From assembly GCA_964534335.1 (NCBI GenBank), contig CAZHPS010000001.1, positions 1-59,939 on the forward strand: a stretch of 59,939 bases of DNA, written 5' to 3'. The DNA is from an uncultured Desulfobacterales bacterium (lineage in GTDB: Bacteria > Desulfobacterota > Desulfobacteria > Desulfobacterales > Desulfococcaceae). The notes under the pieces were generated by a model. That model was not told the DNA's origin and did no database searches. It saw only the letters and a list, made by a program, of their open reading frames with translations. Shown here one piece after another: positions 35,300 to 44,127 of this stretch (the stretch's first letter is position 1; each line of letters opens with the position of its first letter). The position numbers and the translations under genes are program-made.

Positions 35300-35575
35300 T
35301 TAGCTGGGATCATAATAATATTTCTTCCTCACCGGAGGAGAAGCCGGAGGCTTGTACTTTTCCTGTGCGGATTTATCCTTTGCCGGATCATAATGATACT
35401 GCCTGCGCCTGTTCCCGGAACATGAAAATGATATGCAGCACCATATAAAGAGAATGATCAGTATAAGGCATATGTTCCGGATTCCCGATTTCGCTGTGCC
35501 GCCCCTGAAAAAAACAAATCCCATTGCTGCCACCTCATTTCTTTGAAAAAATGAAGCATTACATCTGTGACTCAA
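35300..35575 (-). CDS. Possible small lipoprotein sharing a YxYDP motif with the adjacent OMP
   Basis: Hydrophobic segment plus ISFSCSG (lipobox-like), then QYHYDP...KKYYYDPS. The start codon is uncertain, and it overlaps the end of the upstream gene. Confidence 0.35.
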   Translation of the reverse strand: MSHRCNASFFQRNEVAAMGFVFFRGGTAKSGIRNICLILIILFIWCCISFSCSGNRRRQYHYDPAKDKSAQEKYKPPASPPVRKKYYYDPS

Positions 35576-36749
35576 ATTCCTTTACAAAAGCGTCATCTTC
35601 CGGAGGATTGGGAAAAAGCTGTGTCCAGTTTTTTTTCTTTTTCTGCAGGATATTGTGGTTGATAGTCCCGTCAGATTCTCTGGGTATTTTGTCTTTTTCC
35701 ACAAAATCCACCCAGCGGGGCCGCAGATAGTCGGATATACGGTTGTTTTCCTTTATTTTGTTATAGACAAACCGTATAATGTCTTTGGCCTGATCAGCCG
35801 AGGGGGGATATCCGGGTTTGAGCACGACATAGGCAACGGAGTTTTCCGGAGGGCCGGTTACCCGTGAGTCTGCTACAGCCTTATGCTCATTTATGATTTT
35901 CCGGACTTTCTGCTGCATGATACTGCCTCCGCCGACTTTGAGCAGATAGGCCTGATCCACAAATTCCATGTTTTTTGAATACATGCCGGGTGAAATCCAG
36001 TTGGCATTAATTTTGTCTGCGACATATTCCATGATTTCCTTCTGCAGATCACCGGAGGCCTTTGCATCAGGATTGAGCACCACAAAGGCATAGGGTTTGA
36101 TGAAATTGTCCGCATCCCGGTGACCGACCACCGCGCTTTCACTTACATCTTTGTGACTGATGATGATTTCCTCCAGTTTTTCCCGCTGTTCTGCTGCCAC
36201 CAGTCCGCCTATCTGCAATTCTGTGATTTCTCCGGGAATATCCAGAAAAGTGATGTCTGAGCGGGGCATAAAATTTTTCAGGGTTCCGATACGCTGCTCC
36301 AGTATTCTTCCGTTGGTCAGCATCAGCGCAAGAATCGGGATATACAGGGTCAGCAGCATCAGATTTCTGTGCGTGATTTTTGTAAAATAGATACTCTGGA
36401 CAGCCGAAGGTTTTTCACGGGATGCCCAGGACAGGAGCACAACAAGAGCGATGGCCACTCCGGTAATCATAAAAAAAGAATATTCAGGATTTGCCTTTTT
36501 TGTGATTTCCCCTATGTCAATGTATGAGGCAGTGATCACAGACAGAATCAGCATGTAAACCCCAAGCAGCTTTACCAGTTCAAAGCTGTCCAGCTGATTG
36601 TCGTCCTTGAAATATTTATTGAGCAGCTTGTAAAGAAGATACATCAGGACAATGACAGCCCAGGAAATGACCGTGTCAATGTTCACATGGAAATAGAATT
36701 TGTCGTTTAACTGGCGCAGGATAAAACCTGCCCGCTGAATATAAATCAT
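35559..36749 (-). CDS. Membrane protein (about 4 TM) with two tandem ANL-superfamily C-terminal (AMP-binding_C-like) domains and no adenylation domain
   Basis: After the TM region come two segments. The first is IISHKDVSESAVVGHRDADNFIKPYAFVVLNPDA...LQKEIMEYV. The second is INEHKAVADSRVTGPPENSVAYVVLKPGY...IIRFVYNKI...RPRWVDFVEKDKIPRESDGTINHNIL. Both match the AMP-binding_C pattern (H..V.e.aVvG.pd...g..p.AfVvl......eel...v......k.P..v.fvd.lP.t.sGKi.r..L). Confidence 0.65.
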   Translation of the reverse strand: MIYIQRAGFILRQLNDKFYFHVNIDTVISWAVIVLMYLLYKLLNKYFKDDNQLDSFELVKLLGVYMLILSVITASYIDIGEITKKANPEYSFFMITGVAIALVVLLSWASREKPSAVQSIYFTKITHRNLMLLTLYIPILALMLTNGRILEQRIGTLKNFMPRSDITFLDIPGEITELQIGGLVAAEQREKLEEIIISHKDVSESAVVGHRDADNFIKPYAFVVLNPDAKASGDLQKEIMEYVADKINANWISPGMYSKNMEFVDQAYLLKVGGGSIMQQKVRKIINEHKAVADSRVTGPPENSVAYVVLKPGYPPSADQAKDIIRFVYNKIKENNRISDYLRPRWVDFVEKDKIPRESDGTINHNILQKKKKNWTQLFPNPPEDDAFVKEFESQM

Positions 36750-36790
36750 AGTGTCTCCGGTTTTTAGTCTGTCTGTAAAAAAACAGCATA

Positions 36791-36892
36791 AGCAGGCAAA
36801 CGAAATTTTTCGTGTATTCAGAAAATCCGGTTTTTCCGGAAAACCGGATTTTTTCTGAAAATTTTATACCCCAAAATTTATGCTGACTTACT
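36791..36892 (-). repeat. Intergenic palindromic repeat family R4 (core AAAACCGGATTTTT-N-AAAAATCCGGTTTT), inverted copy
   Basis: Its reverse complement aligns with 43712..43801 over about 90 bp. Confidence 0.65.
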
Positions 36893-36921
36893 TTAAGGGC
36901 TTTGGAAATTGCTGATGTGCC

Positions 36922-36960
36922 GGTTTCAGTGTTCAGGTTTCAGTGTTCAGGTTTCAGTGC
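36922..36960. repeat. Short tandem repeat GGTTTCAGTGTTCA x about 2.8
   Basis: Read directly. Confidence 0.7.
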
Positions 36961-37039
36961 AGACCGGTTACTGACACCTGTTCCGGTATTTTAAAAATTT
37001 CCCCTTCCATAAGTAACCTTCCATAAATTTTTTCATGTA

Positions 37040-37134
37040 TACTAATCCAATTTTGGTTTTTTGTGGCACAGAAGCTGCTTTAAGTGTCAGTCAGAGCAGT
37101 TTCTGTGCCATAAAAAATCAAAACTAGATCATTA
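37040..37134. mobile_element. MITE family S copy 2 (95 bp)
   Basis: TIR TACTAATCCAATTTTGGTTTT / AAAATCAAAACTAGATCATTA. TGGCACagaagCTGC at 37064-37078 (+) and TGGCACagaaaCTGC at 37096-37110 (-). TA precedes the left end. Confidence 0.6.
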
Positions 37135-37412
37135 CATCATCCTGTTTTATCAAAAATAAATTAACGGATACAATTTTTTTTGCCATTTGCGGTCAAATCC
37201 GGCAGAACAAACCGGACAAAGTTCTGCTCTGATGAATAGTATAAACCGGAGATTTTGTCAAACTAATGAAGAAAAAAGAAAGCGTATTTTTCTGAAGAGG
37301 GCGGAACGGGGAAAACGCGGAACATCCGGGTTTGAATGAAAAAAATATTTTCCGGAAATGGACAGGGAATCTCCCGGTCGCACCCGGATTTTATGGAACC
37401 GGGGAATTTCTG

Positions 37413-38570
37413 TCAGGAGATCCCGCATTCCCCTGTAACTGTCAGATTGTCCCGGTGAATGACCTCATCATAGGGTTTCAGGCCCAGCCGTTCTGCAATC
37501 TGATCGGTGCGCAGTCCCATAATTTTCCGGATATCTGCGGAACTGTAATTCACCAGTCCCACGCCCAGCACATCACCGCTTCCGTTTTTGAATTCCACGG
37601 GTGCGCCCATACGGAAATCTCCCTCCACATCTGTGATGCCGATGGGCAGCAGGCTTTTTCCCCTTTCCAGAATGGCCCGCACTGCGCCGTCATCAATGCG
37701 GAGTCTGCCTTTGGGCTTTACGGAAAAACCGATCCAGCATTTGCGGTTTGCCATTTTTTCCTGTCTGGGCGTGAAAAAGGTGCCATGCTCCTCTCCGGAA
37801 AAAAGCCGGAAGAGAATATCCTCTTTGCTTCCCCTGGCAATGACCATGGGGATTCCCGCAGTGCTGACCTTGCGCGCTGCCCTGATTTTGGTGAGCATTC
37901 CTCCGGTTCCCAGGGTTCCGGGTATGGAACTGGCACAGTTTTCAATATCCCTGTGTATGGTGTCCACAACCGGAATCAGCAGGGCATCCGGATTGGTGCG
38001 GGGATCTTTGTCATACAGTCCCTCAATATCTGTCAGGTTGATAAGCAGGTCTGCATCCAGCAGCAGTGCAATCATGGCAGAAAGGTTGTCATTGTCCCCG
38101 AACTTGATTTCTTCGACCGAAACCGTGTCATTTTCATTGATGATGGGAACGATTTTCCATGAAATCAGGGTGTGCAGGGTGTTGCGGGCATTCAGATACC
38201 GTTTGCGCTGGTGCAGTCCGTCACCGGTCAGGAGAATTTGGGCCACTTTTTTGCCGTACTGCTCAAATGCCTTTTCATACTCCATGATCAGTCCGGCCTG
38301 TCCCACCGCAGCCACGGCCTGGCGCTGGGGAATTTCATCCGGTCTTCTGGACAGACCGAGTTTTCTGAGTCCTGCGGCCATTGCGCCGGAAGATACCAGA
38401 ACCATTTCCATATCCCGGTCAATAAGATCGCAGATCTGTCTGCTCACGGAATGCACCACTTCCAAATTCAGGCCGCTGTCTTTGGTAAGGACATTGCTGC
38501 CGATCTTGACCACAACGCGTTTTGCAGATGCAAAACATTCCCTCTGTCTGATTTTCTGTTCAGTTGTCAT
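37413..38570 (-). CDS. proB: Glutamate 5-kinase with C-terminal PUA domain
   Basis: RVVVKIGSNVLT, the amino-acid kinase core and a PUA-like C-terminus (GRLRIDDGAVRAILERGKSLLPIGI). The ATG at 38570 is preferred over the TTG at 38612. Confidence 0.9.
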   Translation of the reverse strand: MTTEQKIRQRECFASAKRVVVKIGSNVLTKDSGLNLEVVHSVSRQICDLIDRDMEMVLVSSGAMAAGLRKLGLSRRPDEIPQRQAVAAVGQAGLIMEYEKAFEQYGKKVAQILLTGDGLHQRKRYLNARNTLHTLISWKIVPIINENDTVSVEEIKFGDNDNLSAMIALLLDADLLINLTDIEGLYDKDPRTNPDALLIPVVDTIHRDIENCASSIPGTLGTGGMLTKIRAARKVSTAGIPMVIARGSKEDILFRLFSGEEHGTFFTPRQEKMANRKCWIGFSVKPKGRLRIDDGAVRAILERGKSLLPIGITDVEGDFRMGAPVEFKNGSGDVLGVGLVNYSSADIRKIMGLRTDQIAERLGLKPYDEVIHRDNLTVTGECGIS

Positions 38571-39594
38571 CGTCTTTGGAATATGTGTCTGAATGTTCAG
38601 AACTGTCTTCAATAATCTGCTGCATGCGGTATTTCAGTTCCCCAACCCCATAGCCTGCTGCCGCTGATATGGTCATAAATTCCGGCGCGCCAGGGCACAT
38701 CCGGAAAAGCTCGGCTGCGACATCCGCACCGGAAATATCCATTTTGTTCAGGACAACGAGCTGCTTTTTTTCCGCGAGTTCCGGACTGTAGGCCGCAAGT
38801 TCCCGGTTAATGGTTTCATACAGGGAAAGGGGCTGATCCGGATCAATTTCCGAGGCATCAATAAGATGCAGCAGAATGCGGGTCCTCTCAATATGCCGCA
38901 GAAAATGGATACCCAGCCCCGCTCCTGTGTGTGCCCCTTCAATCAGTCCCGGAATATCGGCCACCACAAAAGGTTCGCCCCGGTCAGTCTTTACCACGCC
39001 CAGATTTGGACTCAGTGTGGTGAAGGGATAATCAGCCACTTTGGGTTTTGCGGATGATATGGCCCTGATAAGGGTTGATTTTCCCGCGTTGGGAAAGCCG
39101 ATGATGCCCACGTCAGCAAGAATTTTGAGTTCCAGTTTCAGGCTGAAATACTGTCCCGGCTCTCCGGGCTGGGCAAAGCGCGGGGTTTGACGGACAGAGG
39201 ATTTGAAACGCGCATTTCCCTGTCCGCCCCTTCCGCCCCGGGCCACGGTAAAACGCTCATCCTTTTCTGTCAAATCCTTGATAACTTCATTGGTATCTGC
39301 GTCAATCACCAAAGTGCCGGGAGGAACTTCCAGAATCAGATCCTCCCCGCCTCTGCCACTTTTATCTTTTCCCTGTCCGCCTCTGCCGCTTTTGGCCTCA
39401 AAATCTTTTTTGAAGCGGAAATGATGCAGGGTGCGTTTCCGGGGAGATGCAACCAGAATCACATCTCCGCCTTTGCCTCCGTCCCCGCCGTCAGGTCCGC
39501 CTCTGGGAATAAAACGCTCGCGGCGGAAACTGACGCATCCGCTCCCGCCATCCCCGGCGCGAACAGTAATGTTTGCTTCGTCAATGAATTTCAC
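38560..39594 (-). CDS. obgE: GTPase Obg/CgtA
   Basis: [26 protein letters not shown], the Gly-rich Obg fold, and G motifs [18 protein letters not shown] and NKMD. Confidence 0.95.
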   Translation of the reverse strand: MKFIDEANITVRAGDGGSGCVSFRRERFIPRGGPDGGDGGKGGDVILVASPRKRTLHHFRFKKDFEAKSGRGGQGKDKSGRGGEDLILEVPPGTLVIDADTNEVIKDLTEKDERFTVARGGRGGQGNARFKSSVRQTPRFAQPGEPGQYFSLKLELKILADVGIIGFPNAGKSTLIRAISSAKPKVADYPFTTLSPNLGVVKTDRGEPFVVADIPGLIEGAHTGAGLGIHFLRHIERTRILLHLIDASEIDPDQPLSLYETINRELAAYSPELAEKKQLVVLNKMDISGADVAAELFRMCPGAPEFMTISAAAGYGVGELKYRMQQIIEDSSEHSDTYSKDDDN

Positions 39595-39845
39595 TCGGCA
39601 TACACACTGACTTTTTTGCGGGTCTTGCCCATCCGTTCATAGGTGACAACCCCGTCAATTTTGGCAAACAGGGTATAATCTTTTCCGCACCCCACATTGC
39701 TGCCCGGATGGATTTTTGTACCCAACTGGCGCACCAGCACGTTTCCGGCCAGCACCTTCTGACCACCGTAGCGTTTGATCCCGCGGCGCTGGGAATTGCT
39801 GTCCCGTCCGTTTCTCGAGCTGCCCGCAGCTTTCTTATGTGCCAT
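39591..39845 (-). CDS. rpmA: 50S ribosomal protein L27
   Basis: [29 protein letters not shown]. Confidence 0.95.
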   Translation of the reverse strand: MAHKKAAGSSRNGRDSNSQRRGIKRYGGQKVLAGNVLVRQLGTKIHPGSNVGCGKDYTLFAKIDGVVTYERMGKTRKKVSVYAE

Positions 39846-39867
39846 TTTTCCTGCTCCTTATTGTGTT

Positions 39868-40242
39868 TTACGCAGCTTCCGCCTGCACAGATTCGGTCAT
39901 CAGATTTTTCTGAACCAGTCCTGCGGCCATGCCGGTGCCGATACGGTCAATCTGAACAGCCGTATATGGCTGACGATGTCCCAGTTTCCGGCGGTAGCGT
40001 TTCCGTCTTTTGAATTTGAAAACAATGATTTTTTTGCTTTTGTCCTGTTCAACAATATGGCCTGCCACACTCACGTCATCCAGAAGGGGCTGGCCGATTC
40101 TCAGGTTTTCGCCGTCCGAAAACAGCAGGACTTTGTCAAAAGAAACCGGATCTCCCACACTGCCGGGGAGTTTTTCCACCCGGAATATTTCACCTTCCCG
40201 GATCTTATATTGTTTTCCGCCCGTCTTTACCACAGCGTACAT
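39868..40242 (-). CDS. rplU: 50S ribosomal protein L21 (with short C-terminal extension)
   Basis: MYAVVKTGGKQYKIREGEIFRVEKL...RRKRYRRKLGHRQPYT. Confidence 0.95.
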   Translation of the reverse strand: MYAVVKTGGKQYKIREGEIFRVEKLPGSVGDPVSFDKVLLFSDGENLRIGQPLLDDVSVAGHIVEQDKSKKIIVFKFKRRKRYRRKLGHRQPYTAVQIDRIGTGMAAGLVQKNLMTESVQAEAA

Positions 40243-40291
40243 ATTACCTCCTTTGATCAGACTCAGTTTTCATGGGATCACAAAATTTTGG

Positions 40292-40320
40292 AATATTGAC
40301 TGTTTTTGACAATTTGTCAA
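40292..40320 (-). promoter_or_regulatory. Candidate sigma70 promoter for rplU-rpmA-obg-proB
   Basis: On the minus strand: TTGACA - 17 nt - AATATT, about 50 nt upstream of the rplU ATG. The -35 lies inside the palindrome TTGACAAATTGTCAA. Confidence 0.35.
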
Positions 40321-40333
40321 GGGAAAAATGAAA

Positions 40334-42724
40334 TCAGCCCCCGGATCTCCCGCTGATGACCGTAAATTCCACAGAATCATAATTTCCCCCCAAATCCATT
40401 ACTGTCAACTGACAGCGTCCGGGCCGGCTGAACTTATGCACAAACGGAACTCCTGCCGGGGATCGGGCAATGAGTTCGCCGTTGAGCAGCCAGTACAGTT
40501 CCTCCCGGCCGCCCCGGGCTTCCAGAATCAGGGTGGGAAGCCGGGTTTCTGCTCCCGGTGGACGGAAAACCGTATTGGGTTCAATTCCCATAATGCGGAT
40601 ATTTTCCCCCTGTGCGGAAGCCGGTTTTCCGCACACTGGATCGATTCGCGGAATCCTGGATTTTTCACGTATCCGGGGCGGCAGCCAGGGCTCCGCAGCC
40701 CTGGGCCAGCGGGCAATGACTTTTCTGACCGGACCGGCCACAGCACAGCCTGCTTCCACCCGGAGTCCGTTAACAGGGTTAAGCCATACTGTAACCGGAT
40801 TGGACTGCCAGATGCGTTCACTCCGGTCAGGCAGGGTCGGGGGAATCACACGGTCAAGAACCCACGCGGTATGCCTTTCATGGCAGAGGGGATCATCTTC
40901 CCCTTCCGGCGCAGTTCCCAGAGGCCAGCAGATTTCTTTCCTGCTTACGGTATCCGGTATCGGACGCGGGGAGCCGAACCTCCGGGGCAGACTGTCCACA
41001 ATCCGGAAAAGCAGGGGCGCGGCAGTGGCCCGTCCGTACTGTCCCGGAGAGGGTGTCCCGTCAGGCCGGCCCACCCAGACACCAGCGGTATAGCGATCTG
41101 TTACCGCAAGAGTCCATGCATCCCGGAATCCGTAACTGGTGCCGGTTTTCCAGGCTGCCTGCCGGGATCTGTCCAAAGAAATCTGTCCTGCGGGCAGGTC
41201 AGGCCGGGAAGATTCCTGCAGAATCTGGTACACAATACTGGCTGCGCCCGGGCTGAGAAGACGGCGTTCCACCAGGGGCTGATCACGCGTAAAACGCAAA
41301 GGGCCTGCCAGTCCCCCGCGGGCAAAGGCAGTATAGGCACTGACCAGATCTTCCAGAGAAGCTCCAACACCGCCCAGAATCATGGTCAGATTTGGCGTCT
41401 GAAAGGGCGGATACCGCAGACGGAATCCGCCCTGCCGGAGCCGGGCATCAAAATATTTCGGACCCAGACGATCCAGCAGATCCACAGCAGGCAGGTTGAG
41501 AGATCTCTGCAAAGCCTCTGCCGCGCTTACCGGGCCTGTGAAATGCCGGGTGAAATTGTCTGGCCGGTATCCGCTGAAGGAAAACGGTGCGTCTGTCATC
41601 AGACTTTCAGAATGAATCAGTCCCTCCTCCATTGCCACGGCATACAGAAAAGGTTTGAGAGTGGAGCCCGGAGAACGGACAGCCTGCACCATATCCACAT
41701 GACCGAAACGGCTGTTGTCGAGAAAATCCGCTGATCCCGCATATGCCTTTACCGCCAGACTGCTGTTTTCCACCACCAGAGCGGCTGCGGATGTATGAGC
41801 GGGTGTTCCGGCAATGAATGCCCGGATCAGTCCGGATACATTTTCCTGCATCAGGGGATCAAGGAAAGTGCAGACAGGAGCCGAGGGAACTGCTTTTTTT
41901 CTGAGGCGTTCAGCCAGCAGAGGGGCTTTCATGGGACGCGGATCAAACCTCTGCATCACTTTTTCAATTTTGGCTTCCGCAACGGTTTTGGCATCCCATA
42001 TGCCGAATTTTGCCATGCGATCCAGCACTTTGTTCCGGCCTGCCTCAGCCCTGTCCGGATGCCTGTCCGGCCTCATACGGCTGGGGGACTGGGGCAGAAC
42101 TGCCAGCAGCGCAGCCTCCGCGTGGCTCAGTTCCAGGGCGGATTTGCCCAGATAGGCAAAAGCAGCAGCCTGCACTCCTTCAATGGGGCCGCCAAATGGG
42201 GCGTAATTCAGGTAAAAGGTGAGAATTTCCTTTTTGGAAAAACGGAATTCCAACTGCAGTGCACGGAACATCTGCTGCACTTTCCCGCGCATTGTTTTGG
42301 GATGCGGATGGAGAATCCGGGCGACCTGCATGGTCAGGGTGGAACCTCCGGACTGCAGTTGTCCGGAACCGAAATACTGTCCCAGTGCCCGGAACAGGGC
42401 CAGGGGATTGACTCCGGGATGCCAGCGGAAATAACGATCCTCATAACTGATCAGTGCCTGCAGATACAGGGGAGAAACTTCTTCCGGCCTTACAGAATAA
42501 CGCCATACGCCCCGCGAATCCGGAAAACTCCGCAGCGGGCTGCCGTCTTCTGCTACAACGGTGACAGCAAAATTCTTTTTCTCTTCCGGCAGCGACAGGG
42601 GAAAACAGGCATTAAGAAAAAGAAAGGAAACAAAGGCATGGCTAAGGCCGGAGACAAAAAATGCGGCTGCGCAGAAAAAAATCCTGAACCAGCGTTTTTG
42701 GCATATGGCCTGCCATGTGATCAT
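40334..42724 (-). CDS. pbpC: Penicillin-binding protein 1C (bifunctional transglycosylase/transpeptidase)
   Basis: GT51 motifs (EDRYFRWHPGVNP, GGSTLTMQVAR), the transpeptidase core (GSTLKPFLYA; KTGTSYG) and a PBP1C-type C-terminal domain. Confidence 0.9.
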   Translation of the reverse strand: MITWQAICQKRWFRIFFCAAAFFVSGLSHAFVSFLFLNACFPLSLPEEKKNFAVTVVAEDGSPLRSFPDSRGVWRYSVRPEEVSPLYLQALISYEDRYFRWHPGVNPLALFRALGQYFGSGQLQSGGSTLTMQVARILHPHPKTMRGKVQQMFRALQLEFRFSKKEILTFYLNYAPFGGPIEGVQAAAFAYLGKSALELSHAEAALLAVLPQSPSRMRPDRHPDRAEAGRNKVLDRMAKFGIWDAKTVAEAKIEKVMQRFDPRPMKAPLLAERLRKKAVPSAPVCTFLDPLMQENVSGLIRAFIAGTPAHTSAAALVVENSSLAVKAYAGSADFLDNSRFGHVDMVQAVRSPGSTLKPFLYAVAMEEGLIHSESLMTDAPFSFSGYRPDNFTRHFTGPVSAAEALQRSLNLPAVDLLDRLGPKYFDARLRQGGFRLRYPPFQTPNLTMILGGVGASLEDLVSAYTAFARGGLAGPLRFTRDQPLVERRLLSPGAASIVYQILQESSRPDLPAGQISLDRSRQAAWKTGTSYGFRDAWTLAVTDRYTAGVWVGRPDGTPSPGQYGRATAAPLLFRIVDSLPRRFGSPRPIPDTVSRKEICWPLGTAPEGEDDPLCHERHTAWVLDRVIPPTLPDRSERIWQSNPVTVWLNPVNGLRVEAGCAVAGPVRKVIARWPRAAEPWLPPRIREKSRIPRIDPVCGKPASAQGENIRIMGIEPNTVFRPPGAETRLPTLILEARGGREELYWLLNGELIARSPAGVPFVHKFSRPGRCQLTVMDLGGNYDSVEFTVISGRSGG

Positions 42725-42748
42725 TTCTCATTCCTGATTCTGCTGAAT

Positions 42749-43324
42749 TCATTTTTTCTCTTCTGAAAAATGGAAAACCTCATACACTTTGACCTCCACT
42801 TCCCCATTTTTCCAGCAGTCTCTGCGCATTCCGCCCTTCTGGCAGAGATGGGATAGAAAGATTTCCGGGTCAGGAAGCTGTTCCCAGACCTGGGGCAGAA
42901 ATGTGGAACGGTACGCTCCTTTTGAAAGAATCACGCCATGCACTCCGGGTTTGAGTTTGGCTTTGAGATCTTCCCCGTCTGTGTAAGGCAGGACTTCCGG
43001 AACTGTCAGCACGCTGATTTCAATATCAATATCAGCCAGTTCTTCTGCTGTGACAGGGGGAAAACGGCTGTCATGGAATGCGGAATGCACAGCGTTTTCC
43101 CTTACCGCGTCTGCAAGTGGTTTTACAGGTTCCAGAGTGCCGATGCACCCCCGCAGCATTCCCTTTTTGTGAAGCGTGACAAAGCATCCCTGCTTTTCCC
43201 GGATCGCGGACGGAAGATCAGATGGTTCCTCCGAAGCGGTTCCTGCCCTCAGTTTTGAAGCAATTACGGAACGTGCCAGCTTCAGAAGACAGTTCTTATC
43301 TTCATTTTTCAGTTTTGACATCAT
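42749..43324 (-). CDS. AMMECR1 domain protein
   Basis: GCFVTLHKKGMLRGCIGT and the rest of the AMMECR1 core. Confidence 0.85.
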   Translation of the reverse strand: MMSKLKNEDKNCLLKLARSVIASKLRAGTASEEPSDLPSAIREKQGCFVTLHKKGMLRGCIGTLEPVKPLADAVRENAVHSAFHDSRFPPVTAEELADIDIEISVLTVPEVLPYTDGEDLKAKLKPGVHGVILSKGAYRSTFLPQVWEQLPDPEIFLSHLCQKGGMRRDCWKNGEVEVKVYEVFHFSEEKK

Positions 43325-43401
43325 TTTCAGCCTCCGGTTTCTGACCGGGACAGATTCGGTTTCAGTTCCGGTCTGCAGTATTCTGTCAGCATTGAATCTG
43401 T

Positions 43402-43466
43402 GAGCTGAAAAAACCGGGTTTTTCCAAAAAAATCAGGTTTTTCTGTACACTTCAGCGCATAAAATC
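43402..43466 (-). repeat. Palindromic intergenic repeat (R4-related), inverted copy of 55857..55913
   Basis: Its reverse complement GATTTTATGCGCTGAAGTGTACAGAAAAACCTGATTTTTTTGGAAAAACCCGGTTTTTT aligns with 55857..55913. Confidence 0.6.
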
Positions 43467-43574
43467 AAAGTTGACAAAGCAATGGGTTGTGACAGGTTAT
43501 TTTGATACAGGCCGTCAGGTTTTTCACCGGATTTGTTCCCATGCCATTTTTTATGCTTATCCCATTATGGTTTA

Positions 43575-43700
43575 ATACCGATTCGCCATTGGTTTGATCC
43601 AATACCGTCAGTTTTTCCGCAGTTCCGGCTGTGCAGAAAACCGCTCCGCTTAATTTCTGCACTCCTCCGGATCAGCATCAGTTCAATGGAGAATCGGTAT
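43575..43700 (-). mobile_element. MITE family R3 copy 3 (inverted)
   Basis: ATACCGATTCGCCATTGG...CAATGGAGAATCGGTAT. The interior is the reverse complement of 49131..49265. Confidence 0.6.
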
Positions 43701-43711
43701 AAGTAAGGTTC

Positions 43712-43801
43712 CATAAATTTTAGGGCATAAAATTTTCAGAATAACCGGATTTTTCCGAAAAATCCGGTTTTTTGAATACACGAAAATTTTTGTTTTCCTG
43801 C
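43712..43801 (+). repeat. Intergenic palindromic repeat family R4, forward copy
   Basis: CATAAATTTTAGGGCATAAAATTTTCAGAATAACCGGATTTTTCCGAAAAATCCGGTTTTTTGAATACACGAAAA... It abuts the stop codon of the 43802 gene. Confidence 0.65.
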
Positions 43802-44017
43802 TTATTTCCGCAGAAAAGCCCACCATATGAAAAAAACAAAACCGGCCAGGGAAAGAATGGACAGGGCATAAGACATCCAGTCAACAGGCTTTTCAGCAAT
43901 TCCGTATTCATTGACTTTGCCGACCTTATGTTTGCAGGAAAAACATATCTGATCATTCAATCCCAGAACAACGGAACAGTACGGACATTTTTTGATTAAA
44001 AACTTTCTTTTTTCCAT
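43802..44017 (-). CDS. Small zinc-ribbon membrane protein
   Basis: CPYC...CFSC pairs followed by one TM helix (YALSILSLAGFVFFIWWAFL). The ATG at 44017 has AAAGGA upstream. Confidence 0.55.
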   Translation of the reverse strand: MEKRKFLIKKCPYCSVVLGLNDQICFSCKHKVGKVNEYGIAEKPVDWMSYALSILSLAGFVFFIWWAFLRK

Positions 44018-44127
44018 ATCCGTAATCCTTTTCACACACTGTTTTCGGTTTTTCCTGAGCAGACAGCATCACTCTCCGGAGTAACGGCATTTCTTATCCG
44101 CTCAGGGTGAAACTGCCGGAACTTCCA

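Noticed and set aside
40328-41734. 468-aa plus-strand ORF and other ORFs overlapping pbpC
   Set aside because: The minus-strand frame encodes an unmistakable PBP1C. The plus-strand product is Arg/Pro/Gly-rich with no motifs.
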